This document shows, piece after piece, positions 1 through 8,335 of a stretch of DNA of 14,490 bases. The stretch's first letter is position 1. Every line of letters begins with the position of its first letter. The translations under genes were made by a program, and so were the position numbers. The notes below the pieces were generated by a model. The model saw only the letters and a list, made by a program, of their open reading frames with translations, had not been told where the DNA came from and ran no database searches. Source of the stretch: Selaginella moellendorffii (Eukaryota; Plantae; Lycopodiophyta). The stretch lies in assembly GCF_000143415.4 (NCBI RefSeq), contig NW_003314540.1:1-14490 (forward strand). Reading direction: 5' to 3'.

Positions 1-392
1 AGACTATGTAAATACATGTCCAACATGTGAGCAGGTCAAAGCCGTGACTAAGGCTAGTGGGGGCTTGTTACAAAGCATCCCAATTCCAGATCGCCTATGG
101 AAATGTCTTACGATGAACTTCATCACGGGACTTCCCCCCAGCAGGGGGTTTGATGCGATATTCGTGGTGGTGGACCGATTTTCGAAGATGGCATATTTCA
201 TACCCACCACAACGGAAGTGGATGCAGAAGGTGTGGTGAAGTTGTTCTTCGAACAAGTAGTTCGAGTGCGAGGAAGGCCAGAAGAGATCATCTCAGATCG
301 AGATAAGATCTTCACCAGTAGGTTCTAGAGAACTCTCCTGGAACAATATCGCACCAAGTTGAAATTCAGCACAGCCTACCACCCACAGACAG

Positions 393-439
393 GTATGGGG
401 TATTAAGTCAAGTTTGATGGCACTAACAGTTCTTGATAG
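393..439 (+). other. 47-bp GT-AG spliceosomal intron in the integrase core
   Basis: AG|GTATGG...CACTAAC...TAG|AC. Removal restores the frame, the motif HPQTDGQTER and exact D(35)E spacing. Confidence 0.88.
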
Positions 440-857
440 ACGGACAAACGGAAAGGGTGAATAGGCAGCTAGAGGATTATTTGCGATGCTATGTCTCAGG
501 AGACTAAACCGATTGGGTAAGTCACTTAGGACTTGCGGAAATGTGTTATAACAACTCACCACATTCGAGTATTAGGGTGAGTCCATGGGAAATCATCAAT
601 GGGCGAGCTATTGAAGGTCCTGTGGAGCTCGGCGTGGCCAAGTACCATGGAGAGTTACCTGCAGTGGAGGCATTCATGGTGGAAAGATTCAACATTTGGA
701 ATCTAGTGAGGGATTCCTTGGAACGGGCTCAACAAAGGCAAACCAAATATGCAAACCAAAAGCGTCAGGATGTAGAGTTCCAAGCTGGGGAGAAGGTGTG
801 GCTAAACACCAAGAACCTCAGGCTGCCAAGTGGAATCAACCAGAAGTTGACCCAAAG

Positions 858-909
858 GTAAAAATGCATGTATTCCTGGAATTGAATTGATCTTGAGTTC
901 CTTAACCAG
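858..909 (+). other. 52-bp GT-AG spliceosomal intron at the integrase GPY/F motif
   Basis: AG|GTAAAA...CTTAACCAG|G. Removal restores the frame and KLTQRFA(G>R)PYEI. Confidence 0.85.
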
Positions 910-1681
910 GTTCGCGAGGCCTTACGAAATTGAGGCATGAATCGGTAAAGTGGTTTACCGTCTCCGACTTCCTCGAGAGATAGGGAAGATGCACCCAGTG
1001 TTCCATGTGAACCTACTCAAGCCGTACTTTGATGATCCGCTTCGTAAGGACCAAGTGAGACCTTTACCTGAGGTTATCCAAGGGGAAGAGGAATACAAAG
1101 TGGAGGCCATCCTCAATGTGCGCAAGAGCAAGCGACAAGGACACAAGGTGAGAGAGTTCCATGTGAAGTGGAAAGGATTTCCACATTGCGAAGCAACATG
1201 GGAACCGGAGGAGAACCTAGCGAATGCACGAGATCTAGTGGAGGAATTTCTGCAAAGCAGAACTCTATGTACTTATGCAAAGTTCAATTAAAGTATCAAT
1301 TTGTGAAGTTGAGTAATGGCATATGTTGGGACCCGAAGGCATGCCGAAGGTAAGCTAATTAGCATGGGTTAGCTAAGTCAACCAAGTGTAGAGAACTATG
1401 CCTAACTCCCCACGGGGATGTCGAATCCGTAGATGTATTCTACGGAGGTTGAGTTCGAGTCCCAACCCCCTAGTAAAGCAAGGTTAGTTTCAAGTCCCAA
1501 CCCCATACTAGGGCGTGGTGGGATGAGGAGTATAGGGACACTTATATTCCATTGTCATGGGCTCTTGGCTAGGCAGGCTAACTTAGGCACACCGCTAAGT
1601 GGGGGGATGCCCCCGGAGACATGGTCAACAAGTCGTAGGATTAAAAAGAGAGATGTTCGATGTGGGCATCGAACTTCTTTT

Positions 1682-1694
1682 ATGGGTGGTGGAG
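1682..1694 (+). other. Polypurine-tract-like sequence before a putative 3' LTR stub (1696-1718)
   Basis: ATGGGTGGTGGAG preceded by a T-run and followed by T-TATAAGGAAC, possibly a mutated TGTAAG LTR start. Confidence 0.5.
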
Positions 1695-1718
1695 TTATAA
1701 GGAACTAACTCCCTGAGG

Positions 1719-2118
1719 TGTCATAGGCTAAAAGATCCCCGAAAGCATGACCGAAATGACAAAGAGTTCATCGGATGGGATCGAGTCTAAGATCGAGTCC
1801 AAAACCGACTCTAAGACCGAGTTCAAGATAGAGTCTGGGATCGAGTCTGAGGCCGACTCGGAGACTGAGTTCGAGGCCGAGTTCAAAACCAAGTTTGAGA
1901 TAGAGTCCGAGATCCAAAATCGGGTCCGAGACAGCAAGCAGTCATAAAGAACTCGAAGAAACTTTAGCATACTCTAGAATTGTATGCGGTCTAGAGTCTA
2001 AAGTCTCGAGTCCGGAGTCACGTCAGGTCTAGTCATGCTCCTGATGCGCCTCTTGTGCACGAGGGGATCCATGTGTACTTGCTAGAGAAAGAGAAATTAA
2101 ATATTTGCGGTCTTAACA
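1719..2118. mobile_element. ~400-bp LTR-like element (TG...CA)
   Basis: Starts TGTCAT and ends TTAACA here, but ATGACA in the duplicated copies, which gives a perfect 6-bp terminal inverted repeat. Contains an internal minisatellite. No matching TSD (TGAGG vs AATAG). Confidence 0.6.
1777..1914. repeat. Degenerate 12-bp minisatellite (~11 units, approx. RAGAYCGAGTYY) with 6-bp sub-period
   Basis: gggatcgagtct aagatcgagtcc aaaaccgactct aagaccgagttc aagatagagtct gggatcgagtct gaggccgactcg gagactgagttc gaggccgagttc aaaaccaagttt gagatagagtcc. Confidence 0.9.
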
Positions 2119-2177
2119 AATAGCAATGTGTTTTAGCTAGAGGAACCTTCTAGCATCAAACGATGCTTCCTGGCGCT

Positions 2178-2433
2178 TGCCGCCTAGAAACGCGTTCTTC
2201 TTCCCAATCCCTTGGAAGCAGTGGCCAATAGCACGACGGTGGTGGGTTTTCGGGGTGCCGAGCCCCACAGACGGTGTCGACCGCACCCGCCGGTCGGAGG
2301 GCGGGGAACGACGGAGCGCCGAAGGAGAGTCAGCACGTCGAGTCTCCCGCCGACCCCACTCCCTGGGCTCTACCCGCCGGTGAGCTCATCCGGAGTGTGG
2401 GCTGCCGCCTAGAAAAACGCGTTCTTCTTCCCA
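2178..2433 (+). repeat. 29/31-bp direct repeats (2178-2206, 2403-2433) flanking a GC-rich 196-bp segment upstream of the ORF; possible promoter
   Basis: TGCCGCCTAGAAA(AA)CGCGTTCTTCTTCCCA occurs twice. The region includes ACGCGT, CCAAT and GGGCGGGG motifs and recurs in units 2 and 3. Confidence 0.8.
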
Positions 2434-2469
2434 GGAGAGCTCCTGAGCTTTGTTTCTCCATCTCCAACA

Positions 2470-3237
2470 ATGTCGAAAATCTCCAAGTCGGTGGCCAAGA
2501 GCTCTACATCAACTCATGTTGCGCAGGGCTTGTACGATGGCAGCAAAACGCTGCTCCACAGCTTTGGAGTGGTCTCCTCGTCAGCCATAATTCCAGGCGA
2601 AATCAGAAACCATCTCAAGCCCAAGGATCTCTTTGATTTCGTCGCTCTTGAGCGATCCAGCCCCTCGCTCCTCCGTGCCATCGTCTACTGCCAATCCGGC
2701 CTCACAAACGGCTTCACCAGGAGCTTGACCAAGGGCTTGCAGGGCGCCATCGAAGCAACAGCCGCCCTCGCCACTAACTGCATCAATCCAAAGTCGATCA
2801 TCAACCACGACTTCCTGGTGATTGTGCTGGTCGTCGGGGGCATGGAGCAATTCTTCCTTGCCGAGAAGTGTGGCCCTGGCGAAGAATGCGGGATCAATAT
2901 CACCCTCATTCGCAGTCTAGGCGAGTATACCAATGCCAAGCTGCTGAATTTCGATTGTGAGGATACGCCGCTGGAACTGCACGAGCTCATGAGGATTCTG
3001 GAGAATCATGACCCGCAGTACAGCCATCACGACAAGAATTGCTGGGAGTATGCGATGAACACCACCAAGAAGCTGCTGATGGAGTGCCACCGGAGGAGTG
3101 GAAAGGCCCAGTTTTGCGAGCGGGCCGAGGTGGTCGGGGGTGAGATCGCTGTAGCACAAGCCCAAGGTATGAGCAGTCGAAGTTTCAAGGTGTTTGCGCA
3201 AGCAATCTCCGCGCTTACTTCCAATACTACTTCTTAG
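2470..3237 (+). CDS. Intronless 255-aa hypothetical protein; possible permuted papain-like (NlpC/P60, LRAT/PPPDE-like) cysteine hydrolase
   Basis: Longest ORF, good ATG context (ACAATGTCG), GC3-rich codons. Motifs: H113 in NHDFLVI, E132 in FFLAEK, Y184-x5-N190C191WEYA. Confidence 0.7.
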   Translation: MSKISKSVAKSSTSTHVAQGLYDGSKTLLHSFGVVSSSAIIPGEIRNHLKPKDLFDFVALERSSPSLLRAIVYCQSGLTNGFTRSLTKGLQGAIEATAALATNCINPKSIINHDFLVIVLVVGGMEQFFLAEKCGPGEECGINITLIRSLGEYTNAKLLNFDCEDTPLELHELMRILENHDPQYSHHDKNCWEYAMNTTKKLLMECHRRSGKAQFCERAEVVGGEIAVAQAQGMSSRSFKVFAQAISALTSNTTS

Positions 3238-3416
3238 TTGACGACAATCGATATGGTTACACCCTTATAGCCTTATAGTTATGGTTATGGTTATAGCCTT
3301 ATGTGGTTTACAAAGAGGTTTCTATTATTGAGGTTTATCATTACGATTTATAATATTAAAGTCATTATAAATGTTATGGCTTGCTTTGTTTTGGAAATTC
3401 AACATAGCACTAATAT

Positions 3417-3845
3417 CTAGAGAAGGAGTACTTGCCCAGCAAATGTTGGGTGGTTTATAGAGAGGTTTAATATAAAATGTCTTTATAAACAGTGTTGATT
3501 GTAAAAGCATAAGGATTTTGAGGAAGGAGGTGGCCTTGGTGTGTGGTGTTTTGAATTTTAATTCTAAGTCCATGTGGTGATATGCATCTTGATAAAGCCA
3601 TATAAAGTTACCCATGAGTGAAAATTGGGTGGGGCAAGTAAACTCCAACTCGGTCAAATGTTTCTCCTTGGCATTTAGAAATTGTTAAGCAGTAACCTAA
3701 ACGGATTGGAAATTGTCTTTTGGACATTTTAAATGGAATTTCTGCATTTGATGGTATTAGTGTGATACGTGGGATAAAAACTTTTGTCCCTTTAAATTGC
3801 CCCATCACAATTTCACACTCTAAATGTAAGTCACAAATTTTTCAT
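3417..3845 (-). mobile_element. Helitron 3' fragment: C-terminus of PIF1-like helicase plus terminal hairpin and CTAG
   Basis: [71 protein letters not shown] (internal stop 3608-3610, natural stop 3467-3469). Hairpin CCCAGCA-AA-TGTTGGG at 3435-3450, CTAG at 3417-3420. Confidence 0.88.
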
Positions 3846-4480
3846 TTCCAATTTGCCAGCTTACCTCGTCTATCTGATCAACACCGCCTTCGCTTTAGTT
3901 AAGTTCCCTCGCTAAAGTTCCCACCTATGGTATTAACTCTTACTTGGTCATACTTGATTTCAGCTACTCACTACACGAGCAACAGAGCGTTAGCCATCTA
4001 TCCACGGATTCCCAAATCTCTCCCAATCCCCCTCCCCGGGTTAGACTGAACTTAAGGTTCGGCAACACTCCCTGCAGGCACAAGTAGCCAAGCACACCAA
4101 GCCTGCAGATTCCTAACATCCCTTGGTACTACAAGACTTGATCATGGGACCCTTTAAATCCTAAGTCTTGAGTGCAACACCGGCTTGAGGATGCCGGGGC
4201 AAAACACCCTGGCCTCACGGCCTGGTATGGGTACCTCTACCCCCCCCCTCCCACTTCCATCCCGAAGGGAAGGTCCAAGCCCCTAGGAAGGGCGAGGACT
4301 AATGAGCCACAAGGTACTCAAGTGGGGCACCACTCCACATGAGCCGGGAGCACCGCAATTAGTTTCTCTTTCGGGAGTGGGAGTTGCTCTTGAGCACTTC
4401 CTTGGATGGCCCCTCCGGCACCAGCCAAATCCATGCTCACTCCCACCCAACGCCCCTCGGTCCCAGTCCCAACCTCAAGT

Positions 4481-7400
4481 CATGATGATGCTCTCGCAAT
4501 TGTCACAGAGATAGGTATATCCTTCTGCCATGGTTTTTTCTTTCACTAAGGAACGCATTTTTTCTGTGACCCAGGTATGTCAACCTCCAAAGGCGAACTG
4601 GTTGTGACGATTTTGTACCCTCAAAAGCTCATCTTCAAGTACGATGAGGAGCTCCAAATCGTTGCCTGTCTTCTTTTTATCTACGCTATCATATGCTTTG
4701 TTGTGTCCATATAAAGTTTCAGGTATATATCCATGTTTCTCTATATGAAATCATTTCCGTCTATTGTGGACCAGAACATGAACGGACAGCAGAGTATTTG
4801 GGTGACAAAGTGGATCTACTGTATGTTCATCATAAATCAGATAATGTCGCCACTATTGCCGGTCGCTCTTGAAGTTGGACAAATTCACGCTCTGGAGAGT
4901 TTAAAGGCACGCCTTCTTACCTCCTGTTTCCAGTTCCTTATGTTGTTCTTTCAGAAGCGTGGGGTGTTTTGCCTCAATCCAAAGCGCATAGGTTATCGCT
5001 GGGAAGATACGAGTTTTCTGTTTTGACAAAACTGGGACATTGACAAAAGAGGGACTCGATTTTGTTGGAGTTCAGAGTGTCGTCACTAACTCCTTTGGAC
5101 CAGTTTTATCACTTGAAGGTGGTCAAAGAATTGATGATATTGTTTTGCATGGACTTGCCACATGTCATGCTGTTACAAAGTTCGGAAAGGACTTGGTTGG
5201 AAACCAGGTTGAGGTAAATTTGTAATTTTCGCCAGAAAAGCTTGGATGATCTTTTGTGTGACGGACCTTTAGAATCGTGAGACGAAACGAGTTTGATCAA
5301 TCGAGAGCAACAATGAGTGTTGTTGTGGAGGACAACTCTGGAAACTTTCACATCTACTGCAAGGTTCTTGCGTCTAGCATTTGCTCATTAATATTTCCGT
5401 TCAAGCATGGCAGGGTTCTTTCGAAAAGATTAAGGAGCTGAGCAACGCTCAAAGCCTTCCAGCGGACTACGAGGACAGAGCACGGCTTCAAGCTCTGCAA
5501 GGTTGTTATGTTCTTGGTTTAAGCTACAGGTGCACGCTGTTTCCTCAGTCTTCCATGTTTTGCAGCTGGCTTTTTATACTGTTTTCTTCCCTGAACCTTG
5601 CAGATACCTTGGCCGAGAACTGGCATTTGAAGACATGTTAGCACTACCAAGGAATGAGTTGGAGAAGGACCTGAATTTTATATCTCTGGTCTTGTTTAGG
5701 AACGAGCTCAAGCCGGATAGCTCTGCAGCTATTCATTCTCTCAAAGCTGGAAAGGTACGTTGTCTATATTGATTCCGCTGGAAAACGAAATGCTCCTGGT
5801 CTATAGGTTCGTCCCGTGATGGTTACCGGTGATAATGCTCAATGCGGCCACTATATTGCTAAACAATCTGGTATGTTCTCATCTGACTGTAAGATACTAC
5901 TGGCTGATATAACGAACGACAACAGGTTGGTCTTATTCTTTATGAAAGATCTTTCTAACGATAGCTTTGTCTCTGTAGCGTGGTATGGTCTCCACTGAGT
6001 AGTAAAGTGACAACGGGTATAAGCCGCATGACCACCGAAGAACTACTTCAAAGTAGAGCGAGCTTACTTGAGGACGGGACCTTGGAACTTGCGGTTACGG
6101 GTAAAGCTTTTAATCGCTTACAAGAATCCAAGAGAATGGACGACTTACTTCTTTAAACACGAATCTTCGCAAGATTCACTCCTTCCGATAAGATTCATCT
6201 TGTTCCCTTTGATAATAGTCTCATGCGGTTGGGGACTTGCAGGAGAAAGTGGTAACTATGCATAGAAACCATGGCCTAATCGTGGGAATGTGTGGTGACG
6301 GTGGAAACGATTGTGGAGCGCTAAGGGCCGCTCACGCCGGCATCGCTTTAAGTGCTGCAGAAGCATCGGTGGTGTCTCCATTTACTGCCCGAAACAAATC
6401 GGTCAGTTCAAGCTTTTTTCTGAAACAATCGCGCAAAGTTGATGTTTCTTTGTAGGTCCACGCTGTGGTAGATTCACTACGTGAAGCGCGAGGTGCTCTC
6501 CATACGTCATTCGCATGCTACAAGTTTCTGATTATTTATGGCCTCCAGTTCTCAATATTCAAGCTTTGTTGTTATTGGTAAGCTTGGACTTTCGAGATCT
6601 TCCCGACGCTTAGCGCTTTTAATCCAGGTTTGGGATTATAGCCTGCCAAATGGACTGCATATTTATTGATGGCGTAGCTGTGCTCAGCCTTGGTTATGCC
6701 ATGTCTCGGTGCAACGCTGAAAAAATACTCAACAAGGTTCTTGAAATGTTTAACCGTGGTAATGACAGGTGAGGCCTCTTGGACCTTTAAACGTAGCATC
6801 GGTGCTGGGGCTATGGGGAAGCAACGTTGTGTTCCTGGTGGCTGCAATTTGTTTCATGGCAAGCCAGAAGGATTACGTGAGATGGCCGGCACAGTGAGTG
6901 ATTGGTTTTGTAAAGTTCGTGCTCAAAATCTCGTTTGTTTCAGATACTCTCATGGTGCAAGCTGGTGGACGCTGGGTGACAACTGGGAGTCCACAGTGTT
7001 GTTCTTCACAATGTATTTCCAGTTCATCACGTCCGCATTCGTGTTCTCGTTTGGCTCCAAGTTTCGAAAGACCGTATTCAAAAACCTCTCTTTGATGGTA
7101 AGTCTTCTACTGTCAAGTAGTTTCAAGCACTTAAGTCTTTTCCACGCAGGTTTCGTACTGGTCATTGATCGCTGTGTGCTCTTGTCTACTGCTTCTTCCT
7201 CACAACAAGTTCACGGAAGTATGGCACGTTGCAAGCGAGCAATTCAACCATGCAAACCCCGCCTCTCCAGTTTGGGCGTCTTACCAGGTAAAAAACTCTC
7301 ATTCTTTCCACAACTAAATCATATCTCTTCGTGTCTTCTTCCAGAAAAATGGTGGACAGCCTTCGCCGGCCATGAGCTTTGATTTCCGTTTCAAGCTATG

Positions 7401-7585
7401 GTGGATCATTCTCGCGAGTCTCGCCGTCAATATAGCTTGGCAAAAGGTGGGAATTTTTCCATTCCAGAAGAGAAGAAAAAGAAATTCTCACTTGATAACG
7501 TGCGTTCCAGGTCGTAGTGGAAGGCCCACTGGCACGGATTTTAGCTGCAAAGTATCCCTCAAAGCGACAAAAGCTACACATTTAG
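4481..7585 (+). pseudogene. 5'-truncated multi-exon P5B-type (ATP13A-like) P-type ATPase pseudogene, copy 1
   Basis: Motifs ALAIVTE.GMSTSKGELV, TM4 SPLLP, CFDKTGTLT (D at 5025), KGSFE, FRNELK, MVTGDN, IFARFTP and [12 protein letters not shown], then C-terminal TM exons ending at TAG 7583-7585. Lesions: frameshifts near 4711 and 4992, an 84-bp deletion at 5262 removing an acceptor, stop at 6154-6156, donor GT>AT at 6193. Confidence 0.92.
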
Positions 7586-7802
7586 AGTATATTTTTAGAA
7601 TCGCCAAGAATGTACGGTACCAAAAATTTAAATCTGAAGGGCAAACGCCATCTTGAATTCGTTGGTTAAGCATATATCCTTTTCAAAAGCTCTCTAGAAG
7701 TTTACTCACCGTTTAGCTGCACGTCGCTAAGAACTCTCCGAAAGACAAACGGGGAAATGTTAATCAGTCTCAGGGTCTCATCAATCACCTTCACAGACAG
7801 TC

Positions 7803-7984
7803 AGCAGTCATAAAGAACTCGAAGAAACTTTAGCATACTCTAGACATGTATGCGGTCTAGAGTCTAGAGTCTCGAGTCCAGAGTCTAGTCAGGTCTAGTC
7901 ATGCTCCTGATGCGCCTCTTGTGCACGAGGGGATCCATGTGTACTTGCTAGAGAAAGAGAAATTATATATTTGCGGTCATGACA
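7803..7984. mobile_element. Truncated copy of the 1719-2118 LTR-like element
   Basis: Homologous to 1937-2118; ends ATGACA. Confidence 0.6.
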
Positions 7985-8335
7985 AATAGCAATGTGTTTT
8001 AGCTAGAGGAACCTTCTAGCATCAAACGATGCTTCCTGGCGCTTGCCGCCTAGAAACGCGTTCTTCTTCCCAATCCCTTGGAAGCAGTGGCCAATAGCAC
8101 GACGGTGGTGGGTTTTCGGGGTGCCGAGCCCCACAGACGGTGTCGACCGCACCCGCCGGTCGGAGGGCGGGGAACGACGGAGCGCCGAAGGAGAGTCAGC
8201 ACGTCGAGTCTCCCGCCGACCCCACTCCCTGGGCTCTACCCGCCGGTGAGCTCATCCGGAGTGTGGGCTGCCGCCTAGAAAAACGCGTTCTTCTTCCCAG
8301 GAGAGCTCCTGAGCTTTGTTTCTCCATCTCCAACA

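Larger units (their letters stand above)
2..1291 (+). pseudogene. Gypsy integrase + chromodomain in 3 exons (<2-392, 440-857, 910-1291), inactivated
   Basis: Spliced translation: YVNTCPTCEQVK..M(N)FITGLP..VVVDRFSKMAYF..IISDRD..STAYHPQT/DGQTERVNRQLEDYLRCYV..KLTQ/RFARPYEI..YRLRLP..HPVFHVNLLKPY..EEYKVEAIL..VKWKGFPHCEATWEPEENL. Premature stops at 326-328 (TAG), 505-507 (TAA) and 938-940 (TGA). The first catalytic Asp reads Asn (116-118). Confidence 0.93.
1..1718 (+). mobile_element. 3' portion of a degenerate Ty3/gypsy chromodomain-bearing LTR retrotransposon (chromovirus)
   Basis: Integrase zinc-finger CxxC, DDE core, GPY/F motif and chromodomain appear in order. They are followed by ~390 bp non-coding sequence, a purine-rich tract (1682-1694) and a possible LTR start that is cut off at 1719. 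Confidence 0.88.
1937..7802 (+). repeat. Tandem segmental duplication, unit 1 (5866 bp)
   Basis: Near-identical to 7803-13944. The ORF track recurs at offsets 5866/5856/6058/6142, explained by 10-, 199-, 3- and 84-bp indels. Confidence 0.98.

Noticed and set aside
1350-1391. Third intron starting at the strong donor AAG|GTAAGC
   Set aside because: It lies after the integrase stop, so no reading frame can validate an acceptor.
1400-1475. tRNA gene
   Set aside because: A T-arm-like hairpin is present, but there is no proper acceptor stem, D-arm/A-box or anticodon arm geometry.
1728-1970. S/D/E-rich ORFs on both strands (1747-1947 +, 1728-1970 -)
   Set aside because: By-product of the 12-bp minisatellite inside an LTR-like element.
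2178-2433. CRISPR-like repeat-spacer or hammerhead ribozyme
   Set aside because: Only two repeats with a 196-bp spacer in a eukaryotic context; no CUGANGA/GAAA core found.
2581-3224. Antisense and alternative-frame ORFs overlapping the 255-aa ORF
   Set aside because: Expected shadow ORFs of GC3-rich coding sequence; no recognisable motifs.
3255-3310. (TTATRG)n-like repeat as a telomeric seed
   Set aside because: Short, degenerate low-complexity tract that does not match TTTAGGG.
6690-7382. 230-aa ORF (and its copy 12832-13524) as an independent gene
   Set aside because: It reads through several ATPase introns and off-frame exons; only YSHG...NLSLM is in the true frame.
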